Shown here one piece after another: positions 34,201 to 46,330 of a stretch of DNA of 64,000 nucleotides. Within the stretch, counting starts at the first letter, position 1; each line of letters opens with the position of its first letter. The stretch comes from Mustelus asterias. Taxonomy: Eukaryota. A model generated the notes under the pieces. It was not told where the DNA came from. It saw only the letters and a list, made by a program, of their open reading frames with translations, and did no database searches. A program made the position numbers and the translations under genes. The stretch is from positions 6,138,001 to 6,202,000 of the forward strand of contig NC_135808.1 of assembly GCF_964213995.1 (NCBI RefSeq), given 5' to 3'.

Positions 34201-37200
34201 AATTGGAAAAGTATTTTTAAAAAGTTGGTCCGCGACCGAAAAAAAATGTCGGTCGGCCTTTTGGCTAAGATCAAGTGTATCTGTTCTTCTTGGCCTTTTG
34301 GCTAAGATCAACTGTAGTGTCAACATGCTGTGCTTGGTTGAAGTCATTAGGTTACATTTTATCTTCATTTAAAGCAATTTTTTTAAGTGGCAGCTCGGCC
34401 TTTTGGCTAAGATGCAAATGAGATCAAGCTTTGGAGGAGGAGGTATTCCTACTCCAATCAGCTTGGATCATGTAGATCAAGCCCAAGACAGGAGGTGAGA
34501 GCCCTGTCTTGTCAGCTTGGATCGGGAATGTCTCAGCTTGTTGAGACTCTGAATTGGACTTGATTTGATTGAATTGGAATAAAAATACAAACAAAAGTCG
34601 GCAGGAGGACCACAAGCAAAGGAGAGGTGAGTTGCAATTCTTTTGTCCTTTTACCTGGAGAAGGGCAATATGGCAGCTAGGGCAGTGGCATGCTCCTCCT
34701 GCCAGACGTGGGCAATTAGAGAGCAATCTAGTCTCCCTGACAACTTTGTCTGCAGGACGTGTGTCCAGTTGCAGTTCCTCACAGACCGCATTGTTCGGTT
34801 GGAGCGGCAGGTGGATGCACCGCGGAGCATACAGGAGGCAGAGAGTGTGATAGACACTAGTTACAGGGAGGTTGTCACACCACAGGTTAAGACAGGTAGA
34901 CGGGTGACCACCAGAAGAGGCAGGCAAGTAGTGCAGGAGTCTCCTGTGGCCATTCCCCTTTCAACAGGTATACTGTTTTGGATGCTGTTAAGGGGGATAG
35001 CCTGTCAGGGGGAGATACCAGCAGCAGCCAGGCCTATGACAACACAGCTGGGTCTGCTGTGGGACAGGGTTGGGAAAAGAGCAAGCGAGCAGTAGTAATA
35101 GGGGACTCACTAGTTAGAGGCACAGACAGACGTTTCTGTGGCCACAATCGAGACTCTAGGATGGTGTGTTGCCTCCCTGGTGCCAGGGTCAAGGACGTCT
35201 CTGAGCGATTGCAGGACATTCTTAAGGGGGAGGGGGAGCAGCCAGAGGTCGTTGTACATTTTGGTACCAATGACATAGGTAGGAAAAGGGATGAGGTCCT
35301 GAAATGTGAATGTATAGAGTTAGGCAGAAGGCTAACGTGCAGGACCTCGAAGGTAGTAATTTCAGGACTACTACCAGTGCCATGTGCTAGTGAGCGTAGG
35401 AGTAGGAGGATTAGGCAGATGAATGCCTGGCTTGAGAGCTGGTGCAGGGGGCAGGGATTTAGATTTTTGGATCATTGGGATCTTTTCTGGGGAAGGTCTG
35501 ACCTGTTCAAGAGGGATGGGTTACATTTGAACTGGAGGGGGAACTAACATCCTGGCGGGGAGATTTGCTAGAGCCACTCAGGAGGATTTAAACTAATTTG
35601 GCAAGGGGGTGGGTTCCAAAGCAGTAGGGAGACAGAAGAGAAGTTTGAGGACAGCACAGAAGTTAAACAGAGCACATTAAGTAGTAAAGGCAGTGTCAGT
35701 AATCCTAGTACCAGACACATCAGGCAAAAGCAAGACAGAGAGCAAGGGAAGTCCAGATTAAACTGCATTTATTTCAATGCAAGAGGCCTGACAGGCAAGA
35801 CAGATGAACTCAGGGCATAGATGGGTACGTGGGACTGGGATATTATTAGCAATTACTGAAACATGGCTAAGGGAGGGTCAGGACTGGCAGCTCAATGTTC
35901 CAGGGTACAGATGCTATAGGAAAGATAGAACAGGAGGTAAGAGAGAAGGGGGAGTTGCACTTTTGATTAGGGAAAGCATACGGCTGTACTGAGAGGGGAT
36001 ATATCCAAGGGTTCGACCACTGAATCTATACGGGTAGAACTGAGAAATAAGAAGGGGGAAATCACTTTGATAGGTTGTACTATAGGCCCCCAAATAGTCG
36101 GCGGGAAATTGAGGAGCAAATATGTAAGGAGATTACAGATAGCTCCAAGAAAAATAGGGTGGTAATAGTCGGAGATTTTAATTTTCCCAACATTGACTGG
36201 GACAGCCATAGTATTAGAGGGTTGGATGGAGAGAAATTTGTTGAGTGTATTCAGGAGGAATTTTTCATTCAGTATGTGGATGGCCCAACTACAGAGGGGG
36301 AAAAACATGACCTCCTCTTGGGAAATAAGGAAGGGCAGGTGACAGAAGTGTTAGTGAGCATCACTTTGCGACCAGTGACCATAAATTCTATTAGTTTTAA
36401 GATAGCTATGGAAAATGATAGGTCTGGCCCAAAAGTTAAAATTCTAAATTGGGGCAAGGCCAATTTTGATGGTATCAGGCAAGAACTTTCAAATGTTAAT
36501 TGGGAGAGTCTGTGGGAAGGCAAAGGGACATCTGGTAAGTGGCACGCTTTCAAAAGTGTGTTAACCAGGGTTCAGGGTAAATACATTCCCCTTAGAGTGA
36601 AGGGCAAGGCTGGCAGAAGTCGGAAACCCTGGATGACTCGGGATATTGAGGCCCTGGTCACGAAGAAGAAAGAGGCACATGACATGCATAGACAGCTGGG
36701 ATCAAATGAATCCCTTGAAGAGTATAGAGGGTGTAGGAGTAGAGTTAAGAGAGAAATCAGGAGGGCAAAAAGGGGACACAAGATTGTTTTGGCAGATAAG
36801 GCAAAGGAGAATCCAAAGAGCTTCTACAAATACATAAAGGGCAAAAGAGTAACAAGGGAGAGAGTAGGGCCTCTTAAGGGTCAACAAGGTCATCTATGTG
36901 CGGATCCACAAGAGATGGGTGAGATCCTAAATGAGTATTTCTCATCAGTATTTATTGTTGAGAGAAGCATGGATGTTAGGGAACTTGGGGAAATAAATAG
37001 TGATGCCTTGAGGAGTGTACATATTACAGAGAAGGAGGTGCTGGAAGTCTTAAAGCGCATCAAGGTAGATAATTCCCGGGACCTGGTGAAGTGTATCTCA
37101 GGAAGTTGTGGGAGGCTAGGGAGGAAATTGCGGTCCCCTAGCCGAGATATTTGAATCATCGATAGTCATGGGTGAGGTGCCTGAAGATTGGAGAGTGGCA

Positions 37201-40200
37201 AATGTTGTGCCTTCGTTTAAAAAGGGCTGCAGGGAAAAGCCTGGGAACTACAGGCCAGTGAGCCTCACTTCTGTGGTGGGTAAATTGTTGGAAGGTGTTT
37301 TGAGAGACAGGATTTACAGGCATTTAGAGGCGCAAGGACTGATTAGGGACAGTCAGCATGGCTTTGTGAGTGGAAAATCATGTCTCACAAATTTAATTGA
37401 GTTTTTTGAAGGGGTAACCAAGAAGGTAGATGAGGGCAATGCAGTTGATGTTGTCTACATGGACTTTAGCAAGGCCTTTGACAAGGTACCGCATGATAGG
37501 TTGTTGCATAAAGTTAAATCTCGCGGGATCCAGGGAGAGGTGTCTAAATGGGTACAAAATTGGCTTCTTGACAGAAGCCAGAGAGTGGTTGTAGAGAGTT
37601 GTTTTTCAAACTGGAGGCTTGTGACCAGCGGTGTGCCTCAGGGGTCAGTGCTGGGCCCACTGTTATTTGTCATTTATATTAATGATTTGGATGAGAATAT
37701 AGGAGGCATGGTTAGTAAGTTTGCAGATGACGCCAAGATTGGTGGCATAGTGGACAGTGAATAAAGTTATCTCCAATTGCAATGGGATCTTGATCAATTG
37801 CGCCAGTGGGCTGATGAATGGCAGATGGAATTTAATTTAGACAAATGCGAGGTGATGCATTTTGGTAGATTGAACCAGGGCAGGACTTACTCAGTTAATG
37901 GTAGGGCGTTGGAGAGAGTTACAGAACAAAGAGATCTAGGGGTACATGTTCAAAGTGCCTTGAAAATGGAGTCACAGGTGGACAGAGTGGTGAAGAAGGC
38001 ATTCGGCATGCTTGATTTCATCAGTCAGAACATTGAATACAGAAGTTGGAACGTCTTGTTGAAGTTGTACAAGACATTGGTAAGGCCACACTTGGAATAC
38101 TGTGTGCAATTCTGGTCACCCTCTTATAGAAAGGATATTATTAAACTAGAAAGAGTGCAGAAAATATTTACTAGGATGCTCCCTGGACTTGATGAATTGA
38201 GTTATAAGGAGAGGCTGGATAGACTGTGACTTTTTTCTCTGGAGCGTAGGAGGCTAAGGGGTGACCTTATAGAGGTCTATAAAATAATGAGGGGCATAGA
38301 TAAGGTAGATAGTCAATATATTTTCCCAATATTTTCCTAAAACTAGAGGGCATAGGTTTAAGGTGAGAGTGGAGAGATACAAAAGTGTCCAAAGGGGCAA
38401 TTCTTTCACACAGAGAGTGGTAAGTGTCTGGAACAAGCTGCCAGAGGTAGTAGTAGAGGTGGGTATAATTTTATCTTTTAAAAAGCATTTAGACAGTTAC
38501 ATGGGTAAGATCGGTATAGAGGGATATGGGCCAAATGCGGGCAATTGGGATTAGCTTAGGGGTTTCAAATAAAAAAGGGCAGCATGGACAAGTTGGGCCG
38601 AAGGGCCTGTTTCCATGCTGTAAACATCCATGACTCTATGACATCTGGAGCATTGAGCTTGTGCTCAATGATGCATGATGGAGGAAGTCAGAGAAAAGTA
38701 ATGAGGAGATTTGTCCCCGGGTACAATTGTTAGGAGCTATTTAAAATGTGTGAGTGCAGGTTATGTTGGGGGTGCGGGCGAAGGCGTGAATTCAGCGATT
38801 GTGGGTGTGTGAGGAGGGGGTAAATGCAGTGGGTGTGGGAGGGGGGGGTTGTGGAAAGTTGAGGAGCAGACAGCAGCATGCTGGATAATTCTTGCAGCCG
38901 CCTGGACACAAACGGTTAGAAAAGAGAAAATAAAACAAATAACTTTGCATTACAATGGCGCATTTCACACCAAATGATGTCCCAAAGCATTAAACAACTA
39001 ATGAATTGTTAACTAAATCTATTAAATGCGACAATGTAGGAAACACAACCGTCAATCTATGTACATGTACGATAACAACCAGACCCCCTGTTTTTGTGAT
39101 GTTGTTTGTGTGATAATTCGTGACTAGGGCACTCACCATCACTCATTTCATCCTCGGATATCACCCATTTTTTCTGAGGTATTGTGTGCAGTTCTAACTA
39201 TCACATTGCAGGAAGGACACAATTGCTCTGGAGAGAGATTTACTAGAATGCTGTAAGGGGTAGAAAAGTGCAGCTACGAGGAAATATTGGATCGATTATG
39301 TTTTTTTTTCCCTTGAAACAGAAAAGCTGTGAGGTGACTAGATTGAGGTCTACAAAATTATGAGCGGCACAGTACCACAGTGGTTAGCACTGCTAACTCA
39401 CAGTGCCAGGGACCCGGGTTCAATTCCGGCCTCGGTTCATGTATGTGCAGTTTGCACATTCTCCCACGTCTGCGTGGGTTTCCTCCGGGTGCTCTGGTTT
39501 CCTCCCACAGTCCAAAGATGTGTGGGTTAGGTTGATTGGCCAGGCTAAATTGACCTTAGTGTCAGGGGATTAGCAGGGTTAATATGTGAGGTTACCAGAA
39601 GAGGGCCTGGGTGGGATTGTGGTCAGTGCAGACTCGATGGGCAGGATGGCCTCCTTCTGCACTGTAGGATTCTATGATGAGGGGAAGAGATAGAAGGAAA
39701 AGGATTTTTAAAAATTTCCCTTGGTGGAGAATTCTAGAAAAAGGGGACATAGATTCAAGATAAGCGAGAGAAGGTGTAGAAGGGACAGGAGGAATAATTT
39801 TTTTTATACAGAGGGTGGTGTGTGTCTGGAATTCGCTGCCCAAGGTGGTGGTGAAGGCAGGGACCCAAAACTCTTTTTAAAAGTACCTGGATCAGGATGA
39901 TCCGGAGTTGTGATGAATTGAAATGTTGGATCTATTCACTCTCCATAGATGTTGTCAGACATGCTGAGACTTCCCAGCATTTTCTGTTTTTGTTTCAGAT
40001 CCCAGCATCCACAGTATTTTGCTTTTATCCACGATTTCCTCCCTGGTTTCTTTCAGAATTCTGGGGTATATTTCATCCAGCCCTGAGGATTTATCCACTT
40101 TCAAGAATGCTGCTCCCCTTACTGCTGCCTACCTCCCTCTGTTTATCATATCCAGTGCTTCTCACCCTCCTCGTTACTGAACAGCATGTCTGTTTTGTGC

Positions 40201-41705
40201 CCCTCCTTTTCGAAGATGATGCAAAGAATTCATTATGAACCCCATCTAAAATGTGTGTCTCATATAGGCCACCTTCTTGCCTTTCATGGATCCTAATCTT
40301 TCATGTTGCACCTAATGTGTTGATAAAACATCTTTGGGTTTCTCTAGACTTTCTTGCCAAAGTTTTTTTTCATGCCTTCTCTTTGATTTACTGATTTCCT
40401 TTCACTTTCTAGACTCCTCTCAGCATTTTGCAGTATTGCGTTTTCTGTGTCTGATATAAGCAAATAGCTCTCTGAAGTTGTTAACTTCTCCCTCTCCCCA
40501 CCTCAATACCACTCATTAGTGACAGTCTGGTCATGACTCCAGGCAGTGATTACAGAATAAAATGTATCCGGGTAGTAAAACAGCATGCGTGACAGAAAAT
40601 CAGTAGTTCATTTTACATTATACACTCAAGGCCTCACACTCTTTTACCTCTATCCTTCCAGCATTCCCTCCCGTTCCCCACTGCACACACTTCCACTTTC
40701 CCAAGTACTCTACCACCCCTACATGTGCCCTCCATGTTAATATCTACTGTAACTTTCCCTAATCTCCCTCCAAACCCTTACTTTCCTCTTCCACTCCTTG
40801 CTCACATTTCCCTTCCCGCAACAGACTCTTACCTGCACCATCCTCATTACACATACACAGTCTCCCTGAGACCACAGTGCATTCCTCTTCCTTGTGCGCC
40901 CTCTTTTGCAGACTGTGCATTCCTACCCTCCATAAACACAGCGCTACTCTCTTCAATTGTTTCCATTGATTTTCTTGCCCATATCTTTCGACACACAGGA
41001 TGCAAACTTTCAAATGGCAGTAAATTCCATGTTTAAAACCAACAACTTCAGTTAGAACTGTAAAAAGTAAACTGTTCAAATAAATCAGTAAGAAACTAAA
41101 TCACTGACTGTTTTTTTTGTAACTTTCCCCCAGCTCCAGCTTCTCTGACTCTGGATCCCAACACAGCGAACCCCTGGCTCATCCTGTCCGAGGACCGGAC
41201 CAGTGTGAGACTGGGAGACAAACAGCAGCTGCTCCCTGACACCCCGGAGAGATTTGATATCTGGGGCTGTGTCCTGGGATCGGAGGGTTTCACATCAGGG
41301 AGAAATTACTGGGAGGTGAAGGTGGGGAATAAGACTTGGTGGGGTCTGGGAGTGGCCCAAGAGTCTGCTGAGAGGAAAAAGAGAATAAATCGGAAACCTG
41401 AAAGTGGATATTGGATTGTGTGGCTGGATCCACAAAGAGGTTACTTCGCTGGAACCTCTCCTTCATCAACACCATTCATCCCGACTGCGAATCCCAGGAA
41501 AATCGGGATTTACTTGGACTATGAGCGTGGACAGCTGTCATTTTACAATGCGGACAACATGTCCCATCTCCACACTTTCACCCACACTTTCACTGAGAGA
41601 GTGTTTCCAATCTTCAGTCCAGGGTCGAATGATGGCGGGAAAAATACTGCACCACTGACAATCTGTGCAACTGAAGATTACAAACGGATCCATCCCATAA
41701 TTTGA
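30881..41705 (+). CDS. TRIM gene 2: RING-B-box-coiled-coil-PRY/SPRY paralog, 6 coding exons, 483 aa
   Basis: Exons 30881-31291, 31381-31476, 31570-31803, 32425-32447, 32546-32661, 41134-41705 (411/96/234/23/116/572 nt). GT-AG introns, open frame, zinc ligands intact. Confidence 0.93.
32812..33345 (-). mobile_element. Young 5'-truncated CR1
   Basis: ORF 32893-33396 [30 protein letters not shown].. uninterrupted; (TTCTATG)n tail. Confidence 0.9.
33609..33820 (+). repeat. ~120-bp tandem repeat (2 units) at the CR1 5' end, each with an ATTTGCAT octamer
   Basis: GTCCAGGTGAGGGCAGCAGAG...GCAGGTCA(T/C)ATTTGCATAGGTGCAGTCACTGCGACCAGAAGGTGG occurs twice; octamers at 33660 and 33780. Confidence 0.85.
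33910..34419 (+). repeat. Array of five U2 snRNA 5'-end fragments inside a ~372-bp tandem duplication in the CR1 5' UTR
   Basis: GCCTTTTGGCTAAGAT core in copies starting at 33910, 34021, 34253, 34287 and 34394 matches U2 stem I; 33910-33935 equals U2 nt 10-35 exactly. No Sm site or 3' half, so not a U2 gene. Confidence 0.88.
39365..39680 (+). mobile_element. HE1-type V-SINE inside a CR1 fragment (39160-39890)
   Basis: Full head, V-domain and tail; CR1 frame (IEVYKIM|RGRDR) on both sides. Confidence 0.88.
41134..41705 (+). CDS. TRIM gene 2 terminal exon (PRY/SPRY)
   Basis: Acceptor TTTCCCCCAG|[32 protein letters not shown]..., stop TGA ending 41705. Confidence 0.92.
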
Positions 41706-42549
41706 CACCGTCTCCCTCCCTCCTACCAGCTGTAAACTGATGGGTGACTGTCAGTTGGAGAGAGAAGCTAGGATAACATTCTAGATTATAAAAACAATAC
41801 CTCCTTAAAAATGATCAATGTCTACTTATATCCAAGAAGCCTTCACAAGGGCATTGCGGTGCTAAACTACAGGTGGTATGGAAACTCCAGCATTTAGCAC
41901 TCGACACAATAATTCTTCCTTTTGGTGAAAATTTATTAGTCAACCACTTTCATGATATTGATCGAGAAATTATATCCTAACATCCCTGACCTCTCTCTCC
42001 TATCGGTTTTAAAAACACATTCCATACGTGAACTATTAATTTCTAATTTGCTTCATTTAGTTGTCAAAGTTTGATGTTTGTATTTTGCACCCTTCAAAGT
42101 CTTTTCTTATTTACTGATAGAATTGCAAGTACTTTAATTTGGGACTTTCTTATGTATTACTTGTAATGTGTCTGGCCAATTCAGTCTGCATCTTAATATT
42201 CCAATGTTAAGCCACTGAAGGACCCACTGAGACAGGCTTAATAACTGGGATTCTTAATGATTGCTTGGTTAGGTTAGACCGTAGAATCAGAAGAACGATG
42301 AGCAGCAATAGACCACAGGCCCCCTGGAGCTGCTCTGCCATTCCGTAAGTACTACCATCATTGACCTGTATTAACACCACTTTCCGATCAATTCCCCAAA
42401 TTCCTGAAGAGACCAAAGATATCGCGGCTTTAAATATATTCCATGATATAGCATCAATAATCTTCTGGGGTGCAGAATCCTTAATTAAATCACAATCCAT
42501 TGAAAATAAAATTCTGCATATTTCAACTTTAAATGAAAGGTCTCTTATT

Positions 42550-42838
42550 CAAAGCTTATTTATTAGTGTAAATAGGCATACATTAACATTGCAATGAAGG
42601 TGCTGTGAAAATCCCCTAGTCGCCACACTCCAGTGCCTGTTAAGATACACTGATGGAGAATTTAGCATGGCCAATGCATCTAACAGGTCTGTTGTACTGT
42701 GGGAAGAAACTGGAGCACCCGGAGGAAACCCGCGCAGACACGGAGAGAATGAGCAGACTTCACGCACAGTGGCCCATCTGGGAATTGAACCCGGGTTCCT
42801 GGTGCTGTGAGGCAGCAATGCTAACCATTACACCACCA
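42550..42838 (-). mobile_element. V-SINE (second tail type) inside a degraded CR1 3' fragment
   Basis: Reverse complement of head GGTTAGCATTGCTGCCTCACAGCACCAGGAACCCGGGTTCAATTCC. Confidence 0.83.
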
Positions 42839-43589
42839 ATATTCTGAGCCTCTCACTTTTCTGGACTCCCCAGACAGACACAACAACTTCTCAATGAATA
42901 CCCTGCCTTGCCCCTTCAACACAATCTTTGTTTCAATTAGGTCACCTCTGATTTTGTTTTCTAAACTCGAGAGAGTGTGGGCCCAATTTACTCAGCTTCT
43001 CATAATAGGACAAACAGATGGTCCATGGGACCTATCCTCTGCCAATAAATTGCTTCTAAAATAGTTATGTCTTAATTATTTCTGAAATAGTTTTCATTAT
43101 CATTTTCAATCAACGTCATTAATTATTTTCACGTGAGCATTTCATGCACTTTTAGTATGAATAAATAATACCTACATAAAAATACGTAATGGAAAAGTGT
43201 GCACTGTTATTAAGAATTCTACAAATTAGATGAGGATAGGTGCAACCATGTGCTGGGGTTGAGAAATAATTACATTATTTGTTCTATTTCATGTCTTCAG
43301 ACCTTTTATTGGGTGGCTCCTTTAAATATCCCCAGAGATAGATGTTTGAGTGGTGGTCTTCATGTTCATTTGTGTAGATAACTAACAATACTTAATATAC
43401 AAATATTATCACAAAAAAATTAATAATCCAGTAATTAAAATACTTTATGGTGTACTTAAAGGGAGAAAATAAAAAAAAGCAATGTATCACTTTACAATAT
43501 TGTTGGGTTATTTTTGGAGAACTTGCTGTATTTCTGCTTCTCCGATACACTCTCCTGAAATGGACATAAACATTAATGTTTTTCATCGA

Positions 43590-44610
43590 TTCAGAGACTA
43601 CAGCACAGAAAGAAGCCATTCAGCTCATCATGTCCACGGGGGTCCACAAAGGTCTGACTACACAAATGCAATTTCAAGCTCTTGCTTCACAGCCCTGGAA
43701 GTTATGGCAGCGCAAGTGAAAAGGCAAATACTCGTTAAATGTTACGGAGAGTTTCTGACTCAATCACCCTTTCAGACAGTGAATGACAGGCTTCCACTAT
43801 CCCCTCAGTTAAATGTTTGTCCTTAGCTCCTTTGGTAACCTTCTACCTCTTACCTTAAATCTATGCCTCTGATTATTGACCCCTGTACTAATGGAAAAAA
43901 GTGCCTTCCTATCCATTCCATCAATGTCCCTCATAATCCCATGCACCTCTATCAGGTCCTCGTCAACCTTTGCTGTTCCATGGCGCTGAACTCCAGCGTA
44001 CCCAATTTCTCTGCATAGCTCCAGCCCAAACAGTTTAGTGAATCTATTCTGCACCCTCTCCAGTACAATAACAGCCTTCCTATAACGTGGTGACCAGAAC
44101 AGGATGCGGTACTCCAGTTGTGGCTTAACCAGAGTTTCATACAGTTCCAGCAAGAACTGCTTGCTCTTGTGCCCCAGCTGAAAAGGCAACTATCATATAT
44201 GCATCCTTAACCACTTCACCTATTTGCCTGTGTCATAGAACATAGAAAAACTACAGCATAAACAGGCCCTTCAGCCCACAAGTTGTGCTGGTCGTGTCCC
44301 TACCTACCTAGGCTTATAAATAGACTTACCTATAACCCTCAATCCTATTAAGTCCCATGTACTCATCCAGAAGTCTCTTAAAAGACCCTATCGAGTTTGC
44401 CTCCACCACCACTGACGGCAGCCGATTCCACTCACCCACCATCCTCTGAGTGAAAAACTTACCCCTGACATCTCCTCTGTACCTACTCCCCAGCACCTTA
44501 AACCTGTGTCCTCTCGTAGCAACCATTTCGGCCCTGGGAAAAAGCCTCAGAGAATCCACCCGATCTATACCTCTCAACATCTTGTAAACCTCTATCAGTC
44601 TCTCCAAGGA
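43590..44610 (-). mobile_element. Two adjacent CR1 3' fragments (older 43590-44233, young 44234-44610)
   Basis: ORFs 43809-44189 and 44326-44700 give CR1 ORF2 C-terminal motifs. Confidence 0.85.
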
Positions 44611-45779
44611 GAGTCCATCAGGGATCTGTGGATGTACACTCCAAGGTTCCTCCGTGGGTAGCAGGACATTCAACCGCTGGGAACTTTGGTTGAAACCCAT
44701 GGAGATTTAGGTTATATGCTTAAAATGGGGTTGTTTTCCCCTAGCTCTTTGCGAAGTCCAACAGGAAGCTTTCGTCAAAATAATGGCATAACGGCGTTGT
44801 ATTGACACTTTCCGCCATCAAGTTTTGCCAATGTCTGTGAATGAAAAATCTCAAAATCCCCGTCTTCAGCACCATTTTTATCCTAATCTATGGGTTAGAA
44901 AAAACATTCACCATCATTCCATTCTACCTCTCATTTGATTATTTTGTAAGAGACATTCAATAACCTGTGATCAGCTTCAAAATTAGAGCTAGGAAATTTG
45001 AGATAAATTAACAAGCACTTGGCCACATGAAGTGAAATGTGGAGCTCTCTTCTGCAAACTTCTGTTAATACTGGGGCAATCGAGCTTCCAAGATATCAAG
45101 GGCTGTGGAATTAAGGCGGGAAAATGAAATTGCTATACGGATGGGGAGCAAAACTAGATAAAGTGAATGTCCATTTCTTCATCCAAGCTTGTCCCTCCCG
45201 GTGAAATATTAAACTAGGATTAAACCATCTGGCTCAACTGAATTTTCAGATCCCACGGCAAAGAGCAGCAAGAGAATTCTCCTGGAGTTCTCCAGAACAA
45301 CGTTCCTCCATCAATTAGCACCACCGATAGAGATTATCCAGTAGCACAGCTTATGTTCTTTCACCGGAGTCTTGCTGTGCATAAAATATCTTCTGCCTTA
45401 TCCTATGTAAGGATGGCGACTGCATTTGCGAGCACAGCTTTGCAGATCCAACTGTTTCTGTGATAAGTGAAAGGATGAATGATTCAGAGACTCGTTACAG
45501 CATAAAGGAGGCCATTTGGCTTGTCCTTACTGTTGCAAGAATAACTGACCGACTCCCACTCTCCTGCCCATTCTTTATGGCCCTCTAGTTCCTTTCTCAT
45601 CAGGTGGTTATCCGAATCTTAATCGAACCTACCACGCCCATAGAGTCGGACAGTGCATTCCAGATCCTAACCATTCACAACGCACGTTTTCATTGGCTGA
45701 ACTGCAATGTTGCCACTTGCTGGGACCATATCAGAACTGCATGAAAAGAGATTCCCCTATTCACTGAGAAAGGTGTCAA

Positions 45780-46330
45780 AGTTGCTGCTTGCTGATGCTC
45801 CGAGAAATAGTCAACCCGATATACAGGAAATCATATTGTGAGTAGTGAACAGCTTGCAATCAATACAAGAGTAAATAAATCGCAATTTCACTTGGAATGA
45901 GTATCTGGGACCTTGGATGATGAGAAGCAATTGTTAGGAATGGGTGAACAGACTTTCCAATTAAGTCCTAATTTGATGTCAATTATCCAATAGAAGTCAC
46001 TGATATATAAATGGGTTACAGATGACACTGGGTGTTGGGCAGAATTGTATGTGGACCTAATTCAAAGAAATAAAGGTCGTTTTGGAAGAACAAGAACTTG
46101 TGTCAACTGAACTGCAACTGAGAGGCTCAAACAGCAATGAGTAGAGGGACAGGAGTAAATCTCCTGCGCTTGGTTGGAAAGGTGTTGGCGGGAAGGAAGA
46201 GCACGATGGGGCTGATTGAACAATAAACCAGGGTGATATCGAGGGAACAGTCTCTCCCAAATCCCGAATGGGAAGGCCAGGGGAAGACGTCTTCTGTGGT
46301 GGCATCTGCGGGGAATGATGGGGTCCGTGG
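45780..46330 (-). mobile_element. Degenerate Penelope-like fragment, second family
   Basis: DATTEDVFPWPSHSGFGRDCSLDITLV..NTFPTKRRR resembles the PLE linker between RT and GIY-YIG. Confidence 0.55.

Larger units (their letters stand above)
33609..38642 (+). mobile_element. Full-length CR1-clade LINE (HER1-like) in TRIM gene 2 intron 5: 5' UTR, ORF1 (zinc knuckle/zipper + SGNH esterase), ORF2 (APE + RT), several frameshifts
   Basis: ORF1 from ATG 34670 ([16 protein letters not shown]; [18 protein letters not shown]). ORF2 from ~35755 ([64 protein letters not shown]). 3' end CATGACTCTATGAC. The flanks are contiguous in the homologous intron of gene 1. Confidence 0.93.

Noticed and set aside
33901-34419. 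Functional U2 snRNA gene
   Set aside because: Only nt ~7-47 are present; no stem II, Sm site or 3' stems, and the branch-point sequence is altered
33895-34600. CRISPR-like repeat-spacer array
   Set aside because: Vertebrate DNA; spacers are irregular and themselves duplicated; the repeat is U2 sequence; no cas genes
34670-35550. Host SGNH lipase/esterase gene
   Set aside because: It is CR1 ORF1, directly followed by ORF2; esterase ORF1 is established for this clade
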